Assembly (NCBI RefSeq): GCF_963921235.1 | Contig: NC_086097.1 | Location: 159,838,001 to 159,902,000 of the forward strand | Length of the DNA stretch: 64,000 bases | DNA from: Mobula hypostoma | Taxonomy: Eukaryota | Direction: 5' to 3' | Shown: one piece after another, positions 38,191-51,697 of the stretch | Numbering within the stretch: the first letter of the stretch is position 1 | Layout: every line of letters begins with the position of its first letter | Position numbers and translations under genes: made by a program | Notes under the pieces: model-generated | What the model saw: the letters and a program-made list of their open reading frames with translations, nothing else | What the model was told of the DNA's origin: nothing | Database searches by the model: none

Positions 38191-38889
38191 GCAGTTACCT
38201 GTGGAGGTAAAGAAGCTCTGATGCACGATTTCAACCTAAAAATTCAACAATTCCTTTCCTCCCACAGAAGCTGCTCAACCCACTGAGTTCCTCCAATAGA
38301 ACATTGATTGTACTAGACATTCTGTTGGTGAATCCTGTGAAGTGTCCCAAAACCAATACATGGTGTTGCCAATGTGAACTTCATGAGATATTATGTGGTC
38401 AGGGTGTGATGCTTTATTTTTCGAAGAATATTTGCAAACTGTTCATTTCCATCACAATATAAACAAAATTCAAAGTCAAGTTAAACATTCACAGTATTCA
38501 CTGGTTCAAGAAGCCAACTCTCTTCAGGGACACTCAGACACAAATGTATCCTCAAAGATACCCAGACACAGATGGATCCTCAGACTGTCAGCTCAGGTTA
38601 AATCCCCAATGGGCCTGGATCTGTGAATGGCCAATGAAGTGGTCCTCTGATAAGTTCAACATCTCACCCTACCCTTCTGCACTAGCTTCACAAAGTGGGG
38701 CAGAGCTTGAGGAAAACCCTCTGCAAGATGCTCAGAGAGGGGTTGCAACTTCTCACAGTCCACATTCCTATCATTTTCCCATTTACCCCTCCAGGTATTC
38801 TGCTGGGCAACTGGGAAGCAACTTAAAATCCTGTTGCACAGCACTGCTGTGTTCAATGCTCTCCATTCCAGACCCCCGATGTAAAGGGG

Positions 38890-40675
38890 GAGGAAGCTTT
38901 TAAAAACCAACAGAAGGCAATTTAAAAAGTCATAAAGAAAAGATGGAATATGAAGATAAACTAGCCAACAATACGAAAGAGAATACTAAGTGTATATAAA
39001 GTAATAGAGGACAAAGAACTAGATGATGAACGGAATAAGTATTTTGTATCAGGCTTCACTGTGGAAGAAACTAATAGTATGTCGGAAGTTTAAGAGTGTC
39101 CGGGGCAGAAGTGAGTAGAGTAGCCATTACTAGGGAGAAGGTGCTTTCAAAATTGAAAAGTCTGAAGTTAGAAAATTCACCTGGACCTGATGGACTACAC
39201 CCCCGAGTTCTGAAACAGATGGCTTGTGGAGGCAGTACTAATGATCTTCCAAGAATCAAAGATTCTGGCATGGTTCTAGAGGAATGAAAAATTGCAAATG
39301 TCACTCCACCCTTCAAGGGAGAAAGGCAATCTTCAAGAGAGATAGGAAATTACAGTCCACTTACTGACCTCAGTGGTTGGGAAGATTTTAGAGTTGATTG
39401 TTAAGGATTTGGTTTTGGGGTACTTGGACATACATTTAAAAAAAATCTTGCCTGACAAATCTGTTGGAATCCTTTGAAGAAATAACAAGCAGGATAGATG
39501 AAGGAGAATCAGTTGATGTTGTATACTTGGATTTTCAGAAGGCCTTAACAAGCTGCCACTCATGTGGCTGCTTAACAAGTATGAGCCCAGGGTATTACAG
39601 GAAAGATTCTAGCATGGATATTGCAGTTGCTGATTGGCAGGAGGCAAAGAGTGGGAACAAAGGGAGTCTTTTCTTATTGCCTGCTGGTGACTAATGGTGT
39701 TCAACAAGGGTCTGTGTTGGACCACTTCTTTTTATGTCATATGCCAATGATTTGGATGATGGAATTGAAGGCTTAGTGGCCAAGTTTGTGGATGATACAA
39801 AGATAGGTGGAGGGGCAGGTAGTACTGAGGAAGCAGATAGGCTATAGAATGACTTAGACAGATTAGGAAAATAAGTAAAGAAATAGCAGATGGAATAGAG
39901 TGTTGGGGAGTATATGGTCATGCACTTTAGTAAAAGAAATAAAAGCATAGACGGTTTTCTAAATGGAGAGAAAATTTAAACATCTGCGGTGCAAAGGGTG
40001 TCCTCATACATGATTCCCTAAAGGTTGATTCAATGGTGAGAAAGGTAAATGTACTGTTAGCATTCATTTCAAGAGGACTAGAATATAAAAACAAGGATGT
40101 AATGTTGAGGCACTATAAGGCACTGCTGAGGCCTTATTTGGAGTACTCTGAGCAGCTTTGGGCCACCCTGTCTAAGAAGGGATGTGTTGACGTTGGAATG
40201 GCTTCAAGGGAGGTCATGAAAATGATTCTGGGTTGAAAAGCTTATCATAGGAAGAGTGTTTGATGACTCTGGGCCTGTACTCACTGAAATTCAGTAGAAT
40301 GAGGTGGGAAGGGATCTCATTGAAACCTATCAAATAATGAAAAGCCTCAAAAGAGTTGATGTGGAGAGGATGATGCCTATGCTGGGGTGTCTAAGACCAG
40401 AAGACACAGGCTCAGAATAGAGGGACATCCTTTTAGAATAGAGATGAGGAGGAATTTCTTCAGCTAGAGAGTGGTGAATCTGTGGAATTCGTTGCTATGG
40501 GTGGATGTGGAGGTCAAATCATTCGGTATATTTAAGGAAGAGGTTGATTGGTTCTTTATTCAGGGCATGAAGGCTTACAGAAAGAAGCCTGGAAAATGTG
40601 GTTGAAGGGGAAATCAATCAACCATGATGCAGACTCGATGGACCAAATGGCCAAATTCTGCCTCTATATCCTATG
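38890..40675 (+). mobile_element. CR1 ORF2 remnant (RT), degenerate
   Basis: SPGPDGLHPRVLK, VDVVYLDFQKA, KFVDDTKIGG, LLRPYLEY motifs across frames. Confidence 0.88.
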
Positions 40676-41124
40676 GTGTAATAAGACTCCTGCCTTGTGG
40701 TCATATGGTAGAATGGACTTCTGTAGCATAATTAGGCAGCAGATGAATGGAAGAAAATAGAGATTTGCCAGGTGCAGTCCATACAGGAAATGCCTTTTGT
40801 TGGCCCATGTTGTGTGGGAACAGCTGGCAGGAGGGTTTCAGGGCTGTACTGGTGAACTCTGCCACTAGACCCCTGCTGAGCAGAAAGTTTGTCTTTAATC
40901 AAAACTCAAGAGTATCCCAGTTATCTACTAATTTGCAGCATATGCAATCAAATGAGATTGGGGATTTGCCCCTTGAGAAGCAGGTATGTTATTTAGAGTC
41001 AGAGAGTCATAAAAACAAGCCCTTTGGACATCTTGTCCATGCTAAATAAGAGGCTCATCCAAGCTACTCCCTTTTGCTAGTGTTTGGCCCATAACCTTCT
41101 AAACCTTTCCAATCCTTTCCAATC

Positions 41125-42180
41125 AACAGACACAAAACATTGGAGGAACTCAGCAGTCAGGCAGCATTTACAGAAATGAATAAACAGTGGATGTTTTGGG
41201 TCAAGACCCTTCTTCAGGATTGGAAAGCAAAGGGGAAGACACCTGAATAAAAAAGGTAGGGGGAGGGGAAGGAGGCTAACTGGAAGGTGATAGGTGAAGC
41301 CAGGTGGGTGGGAAAGGTAAAAGACTGGAGTGGAAGGAATCTGATAGGAAAACAGAGTGTACCATCTGAGAATGAAAAGAAAGCGAGGCACCAGTGGGAG
41401 GTGATGGGCAGGTGACAGGAAGAGGTAAGAGGCCAGAGTGGGGAATAGAAGAAGAGAGAAGGGAAAGGAATTTTTTTACTGATGGGTGAAATCAAAGTAC
41501 ATGTCATCAGTTTGGAGTCTACCTGAAATCTGAGGTGTTGCTCCTCCACTCTGAGAATGGTGAAAGAGGCGGCCATGGACCAACATGTCAGAACGGGAAA
41601 GGAATTAAAATGGTTGGCCATAGGAAATTCTGCTTTTGGTGGATGGGGTAGAGGTGCTCAAAAAAGTGGGTCCCCCAATTTGCATCAGATCTCACCAGTG
41701 TAGGAGGCCACATTGGGAGCACCAGATATAATAAATGATCCAAACTGATTTACAGGAAATGTTGCCTCATAGCTTTCTGGCCATCAGTGGAGGTAAAGGA
41801 GAAGGGAAATGGGCAAGTGTAGCATATCTGTCACTTACAGGGATATGTGCTAGGAAGGAGATTAGTGGGGAGGGATGAATGGACGAGGGCAACAAGGAGG
41901 TTGCAATCCCTGCAGAAAGCAGAGAATGGGGGGGGGGGGAATGAGGTAAGGATGTCTTTCATGGGAGGATCCCATTGAAGATAGTGAAAGTTGCATGGGG
42001 TGATAGGTGAGGGCGAGTACCTCTATCCCTTTTAAAGTAATGGGTGGATGGGGTGAGTGCGAATGTCTGGGAAATGAAGCAGATGCAGGTGAGGATAGCA
42101 TCTATATTGGAGGAAGGGAAACCCCTTTCTTTGAAGAAGGAGGACATCTCTGATGTCCTGGAAAGGAAAGCCTCATCCTT
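41125..42180 (-). mobile_element. Penelope-like element 3' part, degenerate
   Basis: Minus ORFs MSSFFKERGFPSS..AILTCI and EEQHLRF; pLTR at 41125-41225. Confidence 0.82.
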
Positions 42181-42760
42181 TCAATCATTGTACGTGTCTA
42201 AATATCTTTTAAACATTATTATTATCTGCCTTAACCACTTCATCTGTTAGCTCATTTCACATGCTGTACATATCACCCTTATATAAAATAATCTCATGTT
42301 TCTATTAAATATTTCCCCTCTCACCATAAACCTATGATCTTCCGCTCTTGATTCCTCAACCTTGGAAAAAGTATGATGTGCATTTACCCTAATTATGCCC
42401 CTTCATAACACAGTCTTTCATCTTCCAATGCTCCGAAGAACGCAGCCCAAACCTCTCCAACCTCTCCCTATAACTCAGTCCCTTGGGTCCTGGCAACATC
42501 ACTACTGCATTCTTTCCAATGCAATAACATCCTTCCTATAACAGGGTGAACAAAATAGAACACAATATTCCAAGACTCAACAGCATCTTGTACAACCACA
42601 TCACAACCTCCCGTTTCTTCACTGACTGATGAAAGCCAGAATGCCATTAGCCTTCTCCATCATTCAGTCTACCCGTGATTCCGCTATCAGGGAACCCTGC
42701 TCCCGAACTCCAAGGTTCAACTATTCTTCAATACACCTCAGGGCCCTGCTGTTCACATGG
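42180..42760 (-). mobile_element. CR1 LINE fragment
   Basis: Similar to 5800-6400 (CTCTCCCTATAACTCAGTCCC...GGCAACATC). Confidence 0.65.
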
Positions 42761-44374
42761 GAAGATTGCAGGTAAGAAAACCAAAGGGTGATTTGCATCA
42801 CTAAATAAAACCATTTTCAGTTGAACACTCAAGGCTATTTTTCAAATGCATTCCTGCACATTGAAGGGAAGTGAAATATTATTTGAACAATTTCATTTTC
42901 ATATCCATTTATAGAAACTTTCTCAGAAGTAAATTATCAAAGCCACTGAGCAGTGAAATTATTAACAATCCATACAGAGAAAAGTTAGTGTAATTAACAA
43001 GTTAAAGGAATCTTTTGTTATTCTGCTAAATTAGGAATGAAGAAAAAATAGATATTGTTACTAAAATTGCTTAGTGTGATTATGATCCTTTTAGTTTATT
43101 AGCAGAATTGAAGTCAGTGGGATAAGGAGTGCTGTAGATGTATTAATGCTAATGGGCCAAGGGTTTGCGATGCTAAAAAATGACTTTTAATTTTCAGATT
43201 TGAGAGAAATTCTCAATGGTATCAGCAAAGGATTGTTGTTGCCCTCAGGATCATTATAAAACTTTCCTTTCTTGCTTTAAACTTACACATTTTAGGAAAT
43301 AATGGAGCCAGGTAGTTATAACATAAAAAGTACATTTGGATGGTTACGTGGCTAAGAAGGATACATTGCCAAATGCAGACAAAAGGAGCTAATTTGTTTG
43401 ACATAGGAGAGCAGGGCTAAAGGACTCCGTAGAGTATAGCTCTATAACTAGATAGGTCATTCATATTAGGAAGCAGTGGTGAAGATGTAGCTGTTGAAAC
43501 TCCAAATGAAGAAGGAAACAGATTATTAATGTATGAGTCCAATAATGATGAAGGTTATTGTAAAACATTACAGGTGCTGAATGTCGTATTTCAAAAAGAA
43601 TTTGTGTCAGATACAGTAAGCTTAACAATGTGGTGTACCAAATAGTCTTTTCTGGGTCACAACATTGTTCCATTTTGCAACCTGACTCCATTCTCAAACC
43701 TATTGGGAAAACAAACATGTGAATTAGGAGAAGGTGTAAACTAGGAGTTTGCTTAAGTCTTATATTAGTTTTAATAACAATTAAAAAGGATTATTTCTTA
43801 GTTTATCTTAAATTTTCAAGGTCAATGATGCCTTAATACTAGGGTCTGTTACTTCATCTACATTATAAAATTAGGATCAAAAGAGTGGCATTGTTAATAG
43901 TAGAGGAGCAAAAAACAGAACAATAATAATGGGTCAGTGTGAGATGTCTTTTCCTAGTAATCTGCCAGTGGCAGAGAAAAAGGAAGTTAACAACTAATCT
44001 AACAAAGCCAAAGTCATGCCAGCACTGTGTAAAACACTGGCTGGGCTACAGCTGGAATTCCGTTTACAATTCTGGTCACTGCACTGCAGGAAGGATGAGA
44101 TTTATTATGATATTGTGAGAGCTAGAGAGTTCCATCTGGGAGCAATTAGGAAGGTAAGGGTTTGCTTGCAAAGATTGAGATGAATAAAGCTATGACATGT
44201 TCAGTCATGGTGAACAGGAATACTCAAGATCCCCCAACAGTGAAGACAAGAAGAAGTATTGCAATGGTGTACACTGACCAAAACTGATCCATGTTTTTGA
44301 AGTACATGTAGTTGATAATCTCTTTTGGATTAAGATTAGATTAATTGGTAAAATGATAGAGGGAAGAAAAAGCT

Positions 44375-45395
44375 ATCAACACACAACCTGCTGGAAGAAC
44401 TCAGTGGGTTGAGCAGCATCAGTGGGGGGGGGGTGGGGGGGGGAAGGAACTTGTCAATGTTTCATGCCAGTACCCGCATCACAAAAGTGGAAAGGCAAGA
44501 TGACCGACACAGAGAGGAGAAGGAGAGAGACAAGGAAGGGCACTGAGGTCATAGGTGGACTGAGGAAGGGTTAAAGATGACAAAACAGACAAGTACTGAC
44601 ATGTAGGGGAGGTGAGTGGGGATGCAGCTGGAATATTGTGTCAGGTGAATGATAGATGGAAGCAGACAAATAGAGAGATGAAAAAAGGAATATAAAGCAG
44701 ATGGGGCAAGCGTGAAGATGGGAGACACCTGCTGGAGGGAGATAAGCAGCAATACCAGTGCTGGATTCTGTTAAATAAAGGAGGTGAGAATGAGAAGAAA
44801 TAGAGAAGGGAGAAAGAAACAACAAATGGAAGGTACAGGTGAGGGGAAGGAGCAGGTGTGTAGGGTATCTTAGGTGTGAAATCAGTGTATGAAGGAAGGG
44901 AAAGGGAAAAAAGTGAATAAGGTCGTGGCTGGTGGGGGGTGGGAAGGGAGACAAAAATGGGAGGACCAAAGGATTAGAAAGAGAAAGGGGAGGGCTGTGA
45001 AATAGGAGGGGTTGGAGAAAAAAAGGAAAAGCTCAGGGCAGTGCACCTAAAATTGGAAATCTCAGTATTCATGCCATTGAGCTGTAAATCACCCAGACAA
45101 TCTGTTTGACAGGAAAATAAAACTTGCTGACAGAGGAGGCAGAAACCCTTACCAAATTTCAACAGAATTTCAGTGAACACTGGAACAGCTGTAACCTACA
45201 AGGATGCAAATCAAATGGTGGGAAGTGGGATCAATCTGAAGTCCATTTTTGACTGGCATGAACAAAATGGTCCAAGCAATTGTGTTATGTAAGTCTTTGA
45301 TGGTTTCTAGGATCACATTATAGTGTCTCAAATTCCACATCGAAGTGCTATGTAGGAAATGAAGAAAGTGCATACAGGTTTTATCTGTAGTTTGA
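44375..45395 (-). mobile_element. Penelope-like element 3' part, degenerate
   Basis: pLTR CTGCTGGAAGAACTCAGTGGGTTGAGCAGCATC; minus ORF LGDLQLNGMNTEISNF. Confidence 0.7.
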
Positions 45396-47450
45396 CAGAG
45401 AGTCATAAACTCTACCACACTGCAACAGACCCTTTATCCCATCTGTTCCATGCTGAACCAGTAATCTGCCTAGTCCCATCAATCAGCACCCAGCCCATAA
45501 CCCTCTATACCCCTCCCATTCATGTACATATCTAAACTTCTCTTAAACTTTGAAGTCAAAATTACATCCACCACTTGCACTAGCTGCTTGTTCCACACTC
45601 TCACCACCTTCTGAATGAAAATGATCCTCCCTCATATTCCCCTTAAACATTTTATCTTTCACCCTTAACTCATGATCTCACCCAACCTCAGTGGAAAATG
45701 TCTGCTTGCATTTACCCTATCCATACTCCTCATAATTTTGTATACCTCAATCAAATCTCCACTCAGTCTTCTACAGTCTAGGGAATAAAGTCCAAACCCA
45801 TTCAATCCTTCCCTATAACTCATGTCCTCAAGCGCTGGCAACATCCTAGTAAATTTTCTTTGCACTCTTTTCAATCTTATTTACATCTTCCCTGTAGGCA
45901 TGTGATCAAAACTGCACACCATACTCCAAATTAGGGCTCACCAATTCCAACATTATTTAGAAAAATAGAGGGCTATGGGTAAGCTTAGTAATTTCTAAGG
46001 TTAGGACATGTTTGGCACAACCTTGTGGGCCAAATGGCCCGTACTATGCTGTAGGTTTTCTATGTTTCTAACATAACATCCCAACTCCAGTACTCAATAT
46101 ATCAATTTATTAAGACCAATATGCCAAAAGCTTTCTTTCTGATCCTTTCTACCTGTGACTACACTTTCAATGAATTATGGATGGGCATTCCCAGATCCTT
46201 CTGTTCTACCACACTCCTCAGTGCACTACCTCTCACTGTGTAATACCTACCTACCAAAGTGCAACCCCTCACACTTGTTTACTTTAAATTGCATTGGCTA
46301 TTTTTCAGCCCATATATTTAGCTGGTCCAGGTTCTGCTACTTTAATGGTCTTCTTCTCTGTCCACTACACCCCCAATCTTGGTATCATGCTGCATTATCA
46401 TCCAGATCATTGAAATAGATGACAAACAATGACAGACCCAGCACCAATCATTACAGAACACAGGTCTCCTGTCAGAGACACAACCATCCCATGTGGGATC
46501 TTGTCAAAGGCTGTGCTTAAGTCCTGTAAAAACTCTATAAGATTGGTTAGACCTAACATGCACAAAGCCATGTTGACTATCCCTAATCAGTCCCTGTTTT
46601 TTCAAATATATATCTCGCTCCTTTGATTACCTTCCAATAACTTTCCCATAACTGATGTCAGACTCACTAGCCTATAATTTCCTGACTTATTCTTAGAGCC
46701 TTTCTTAAACAATGGAACAACATTAGCTATCTCCCAGTCCTCCAGTACCTCACCCATGGCTACGGATGTTTTAAATATTTCTGCTAGGGCCTCTACAATT
46801 TCTGCACCAGCCTCCCGCAGGGTCTTAGGAAACACCTTTTCAGGTGCTGACTATTTATCCACTTTAATTTGCCTCAAGACAACAAGTAGCTCCTCATCTG
46901 TGAACTTGTCCTTGTCCTCGCTGCTGCTTTGCCTCACTTCTTAGACTCTGTGTCCACCTCCTGAGTAAGTACAGATACAAAAAAATTCCATTTAAGATCT
47001 CCCCCATCTCTTTTGGCTCCCTGCATAGATTACCACTCTGATCTTCCAGAGGACCAATTTGTCCCTTGCCATCCTTTTACTCTTAATATATCTGTAGAAT
47101 CCCTTCAGATTCTCCTTCACATTGTCTGCTAAAGCAACCTCATGCCTTCTTTTAGTCTTCCTGATTTTGATCTTAAGTGTCCACTTGCATTTCTTATACT
47201 CCTCAAGTATGACATTTGTTCCTGCCTGCCTATGCCTGTCATACACCTCCTTCTTTTTCAATATCTTTCAAAAACCTGTTATCCTGACATTTTATTCTGA
47301 CAGGAACATACAAAGTCTGTAGCCTCAAAACGTCACTTTTGAAAGCCCCCCACTTACCAAGTACAGCTTTGCCAGAAAACAACTGTCCCATCCACAGTTG
47401 TTTTCTCATATCATCAAATTTGGCCTTTTTCCAATCTAGAACCTCAACTC
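45395..47450 (-). mobile_element. CR1 ORF2 remnant
   Basis: Minus ORFs EDWEIANVVPLFKKG..GNYRLVSLTSVMGK and RVQRKFTRMLP..GDLIEVYKIM. Confidence 0.88.
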
Positions 47451-47454
47451 GAAT

Positions 47455-48132
47455 TATATGTTTTGTTGCTCCAAAACATAAAACTAATTGAATTAAAAAC
47501 ATGGAGCCAGGAATAAAGTGCTAACTTCATTTTTATTTTGAGTGAAGCATACATGTATGATGTGTTGGCTTGATGAAATATGTCATTCACATGTGTACAT
47601 ATATCTATCTAGCGATACATTATATATATATATACACATACACACATACATCCAACTACTTTATAAATGTCCACAGCATAGTAAAATTTAAATAGATGCA
47701 TGTACACAACAAGTTGAACCAATCAGGCATAAAGATATAATCACTGTAGGTGATTTCTTGTTCTTGTTGGGTAACGTCTTTCCTGACAAGAGGTGTAACT
47801 GCTTGCACGTGAGTCTTGAGGCTGTGAAATGATTTCAGAATTTGGGACCTGCTCCATTATTGTTGTAGGAGTTGACTCTGGGATTGCAGAAAGTGTTTTT
47901 CTGACAGCTTTGGACATCTTTCTTCTCCTTTCTCCAAGATTCTCCTGTCATTTTTTTGGATATGTTGGCATCCCTAACAGTGCATGGTAAGCTGCTCAAT
48001 CTGCTGATCTATCTCAGCCACCAGACAAAGCTTTGACCCAACACTTTCACCGTGCTTAGATGACCAGCATGTGGCTACACCAATACTTTAGCTTTCATCT
48101 TGGATGGTACAACAACTCTTAATCCTCACATA
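47455..48132 (-). mobile_element. Gypsy LTR-retrotransposon remnant (integrase fragments + LTR)
   Basis: Minus strand reads LRVVVPSKMKAKVL..HAGHL..FVWW..IEQL..HC.GCQ (HHCC zinc-binding region) and ERRYPTRTRN integrase tail, then LTR-like sequence. Confidence 0.7.
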
Positions 48133-48580
48133 AACAGTTTCTAACTAGTGTCACACAGGTGCACCTGCATGGCCATTAGATACTACACCATGCTTGAAGC
48201 AGACAGTTTTTAAATATCATCAGATGCATGTATTTGCGTTCAACAATCAGTGATTTTTCTCACTGGTAATTGACGAGAAATAGGCAGTAAGACAATTCAG
48301 AACTGTTTTGCTCAAGCATTCAGGCTTGGAGATGCCAGAAAGAGCAGGGAATGTAAATGAAACTATTTCACTACTTCCACAGGTTAGGAATTTGAAGGTA
48401 TCGATAATCATCTTCAATGTTACAATGAAAACGAAGATTTGGAAGTTGTGATCATTGAAAGCATTGTATGAAACCAGTCCACTGTCCACACTGGATGTCT
48501 GTGCTGATTTGGTTCATTTACAATCAATCAAAAGAACACAGCAGCATGTTCTGCATGAATTTTTCCGTCGATAACTATTA
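48133..48580 (+). mobile_element. Tigger-family non-autonomous element, left part
   Basis: Degenerate pogo/Tigger C-terminal motif (REIGSKTIQNCFAQ...FEGIDNHLQCYNENEDLE); ends ..CCGTCGATAACTATTA. Confidence 0.7.
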
Positions 48581-49857
48581 AATTCAAGGTAGCAAGAGCC
48601 AGAGAAGTGCTACAGTATAGGGACTCAAGTGACCTGAAGGAGGCTGGAGCAGGGATCCAAGTAAGTACTGGCAGGAAGTGGAGGGCAGAGGAAGCTGTTC
48701 AGGAGGCAGAGGCAAGGCTGCGTCACAGGAGGCTGGTGGGAGTGGACACACAAGGCCAAGCTGGGCTAGGATCCTCTCCAACTCCCCAAATGGACACCAG
48801 AGGGAAGGAAAGGCATCGTCTAGTTCAGGAGGAGGTGAGAGCAGTAGTGGAGGAGACGAGAGCCTGCAAGGCGGTGGGAATGAAGCAACAGGGAGCTTGG
48901 ACAAAATGGGAGAATGCAGTTGAGAGGAAAGTGACCTGGACTGATCTTTGGAAAGCCGAACCACACCGCATCCAATTTCTCATCCAGGCAGTGTACAATG
49001 TGCTTCCAAGCCCATCAAACCTGCACACATGGGGCAAGGCAGAGTCATCTGCGTGCCCACTGTGCTCCAAGCAAGGAACCCTGGAGCACATCCTCAGCGG
49101 CTGTGCAAGGGCACTTGGTAAGGGACGGTACAGGTGGAAGCATGAACAGGTCCTGAAGACCATCGCTGAAGCCGTCAGTGCAGGAGTCGAGTGGGCAAAG
49201 CGGTCCCGACCCTCCAAGCAGACCATTGCCTTTGTCAGAGCTGGGGAGCAGCCAACACCTGCCAAGAGAACATCTGCTGGCATTCTGACCTCTTCGAGGG
49301 ACTGGCAGCTGTTGGTGGACCTCGAAGGGCAGCTGAAGTTCCCCAACCATATCGCAGCCACCACCCTGCGACCAGACATTGTCCTAGTGTCTGAGTCTAC
49401 TAAGCAAGCGGTGCTGCTGGAGCTGACAGTCCCATGGGAAGATAGCTTGGAGGAGGCCTTTGAAAGGAAGCTCTCCAAGTACGCAGGACTGGTCAGCAAC
49501 TGTCCGCAGGCTGGATGGAGAGCGAGGTGTCTCCCAGTGGAGGTTGGTTGTAGGGGATTCATAGCCCGTTCTTTAGTTAGGGCCTTCAACATTTTGGGAA
49601 TCGAGGGAGAGAGGAAGAGGAGAGCCATCCGCAGTACCACTGATGCGGCAGAGAGGGCCTCAAGATGGCTGTGGCTCAAAAGAGGGGAGCCATGGAGCCA
49701 TAAGCAGCTAGCCATCTGGACACAAGCTGGGGTCTGATCAGCCCTGGCTGGGTCACCTGGAGGAGGTTGTATGATGTTGAAAGACCCGAAACACCCGATA
49801 ATTCCAGGAACATCACTGAAGATGTGTCCAGAAGCATCAACAGATGTATGTACACAG
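48581..49857 (+). mobile_element. HERO-like RLE non-LTR retrotransposon, 5'-truncated copy A
   Basis: Uninterrupted ORF with CCHC knuckle CPLCSKQGTLEHILSGC and RLE motif RPDIVL..ELTVPWE..ERKLSKY, PVEVGCRGF; 3' UTR ending AGATGTATGTACACAG. Confidence 0.9.
48583..49737 (+). CDS. C-terminal part of the HERO-like ORF (zinc knuckle + PD-(D/E)xK endonuclease), no start codon
   Basis: Open from FKVARAREVLQYRDSSD to the stop at 49737, without internal stops or frameshifts. Confidence 0.75.
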   Translation, partial: FKVARAREVLQYRDSSDLKEAGAGIQVSTGRKWRAEEAVQEAEARLRHRRLVGVDTQGQAGLGSSPTPQMDTRGKERHRLVQEEVRAVVEETRACKAVGMKQQGAWTKWENAVERKVTWTDLWKAEPHRIQFLIQAVYNVLPSPSNLHTWGKAESSACPLCSKQGTLEHILSGCARALGKGRYRWKHEQVLKTIAEAVSAGVEWAKRSRPSKQTIAFVRAGEQPTPAKRTSAGILTSSRDWQLLVDLEGQLKFPNHIAATTLRPDIVLVSESTKQAVLLELTVPWEDSLEEAFERKLSKYAGLVSNCPQAGWRARCLPVEVGCRGFIARSLVRAFNILGIEGERKRRAIRSTTDAAERASRWLWLKRGEPWSHKQLAIWTQAGV

Positions 49858-50082
49858 CTATATTTTTACATCTGTTTCTGAACATTGGCTTCAGTAAAGA
49901 TTTGGTATGAGCGTTGTACCAAACTAGTAAATATTTTGATTATGCAAATTAATTTGTAATGTTACAACTGAACATGAGAAAATATTCAAATTAATAAAAG
50001 AACTGTAGTCAAATAAGACACTGGGATATTGGAAGCATCGAATAAGGATAAAAAATAAAATCATGACTACACTATTAATGTT

Positions 50083-50260
50083 AGGGGCATCAAAGCTCGG
50101 AGTTCAATTTTAGTGTCATCTGTAAGGAGTTCATATGTTCTCCCTGTGAACCGTGTTGTTTGCCTCCATGTGCTCTGTTTTCTCCCACAGTCCAAAGACG
50201 TGCTGATTAGCAGGTCAATTGTTCATTGTAAATTGTACTGTGATTAGGCTAATATTAAAT
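50083..50260 (+). mobile_element. V-SINE fragment within the captured segment
   Basis: GTAAGGAGTTCATATGTTCTCCC...CTCCCACAGTCCAAAGACGT...AATTGTTCATTGTAAATTG. Confidence 0.7.
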
Positions 50261-50785
50261 AGATAGATAGATAGATACTTTATTGATCCCAAAGGAAATT
50301 ACAGTGACACAGTAGCATTACAAGTGCACAGGTATAAATATTAGAAAAGAAGTAGAAAGAATAAAAAATAACTTACCTCAAACAGTCTAACAAGCAGGGG
50401 GTCATCACTTCACCGGCTATAGTTTGATTCACTATAGAGCCTAATGGCCGAGGGTAAGAATGACCTCATATACTGCTCTCTGAAACAGCACAGTCTATTA
50501 CTAGAAGTGCTCCTCTGTTCAGTCAAGGTGGCATGCAGAGGGTGAGAAATATTGTCCAGAACTGCCAGGATTTTCCGTAGGGTCTTTTGTTCTACCACAG
50601 CCTCCAGTATGTCCAGTTTGACTCTGATAACAGAGTCAGCCCTTCGAATCAGTTAATTGAGCCTGTTGCAATCACCCGTGTTGATGCCATTGCTCCAGCA
50701 CACCAATGCATAGAAGACTGTACTGGTGACAACAGACTGGTAGAACATGTGAAGGAGAGGCCTGCATACTCCAAAGAACCTCAGT
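50260..50785 (-). mobile_element. Rex1/Babar LINE 3' end within the captured segment
   Basis: Minus ORF LAVLDNISHPLHATL..QRST..SFLPSAIRLY; (CTAT)n tail. Confidence 0.8.
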
Positions 50786-51697
50786 CAAGTCAAGTCGAGT
50801 CAAGTCACTTTTTATTGTCATTTCACCATAACTGCTGGTACAGAACATAGTAAAAATGAGACAACTTTTTCCAGGACCATGGTGCTACATGAAACAATAC
50901 AATATGTGTGTTGCTTGAATTTCCAGCATCTGCAGAATTCCTCGTGTTTGTTGTTTCAGTTTTTGTTGATTTGACTGTCAGTACTTGCACATCATAGGAT
51001 TTTTCTCATGTTTTTCTAATGCCTTCACTGTATTTTAAGACTGGTAGAATTTGTTTTTATTCAATATCTTCTTACATGGAGATGAATTCTGAATTTTAAA
51101 GGTAAAATAAGGGATAATTCATTGTCAATATATCAAATGTTTCTTGCATTCAATAATGTTTATAATCTCTCTTAATTCAACAATGAAATAGCTGAAGTTA
51201 TTGCAATCTCACTAAAAATAATTAAATTGCATCAACATCCTTGTACGCTGCAATTTTCTCTGACAAACTTTGTATTAATTTTTATCACCTGAAACTTTTT
51301 GTGAAATCACATCTTTTTGTAATACCTTCTCATCCGAAACTTCTACCAATCCCCCCCATTATGCTCATTTTGTGTTATCTATTGGCAAATGATCTTTATC
51401 TTCAGCTTGAAATAATATTCAAGCTTAGTGGCAGTATAGGGAGTGTTTTTCAACTATTTTTCTCCTCACTAATTTTGGCAATAAACACTATTTATAAAGC
51501 GTGGATTAGATTTCACCAAGGAGTTTTATAAAGAATGAAATGATTGATAAAGAATATTATATAGAGTGAACCATAGAACTTTTAGACTGTAACTTTTGTG
51601 CTTTTTTTTGGTAGTTGAAGCAAGAATAGGCCAGTCAATTACCTGACAATGTTATGCTGTTCTGTAAGAATTCATTGCTTTTGTTTTTTTAAAACAG

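Noticed and set aside
47600..47650. (TA)n/(CA)n tract
   Set aside because: Ordinary microsatellite within an LTR remnant.
48825..49715. 296-aa antisense ORF, with a counterpart at 51789-52034
   Set aside because: Codon-mirror of the HERO ORF; Ser-rich with no domain motifs.
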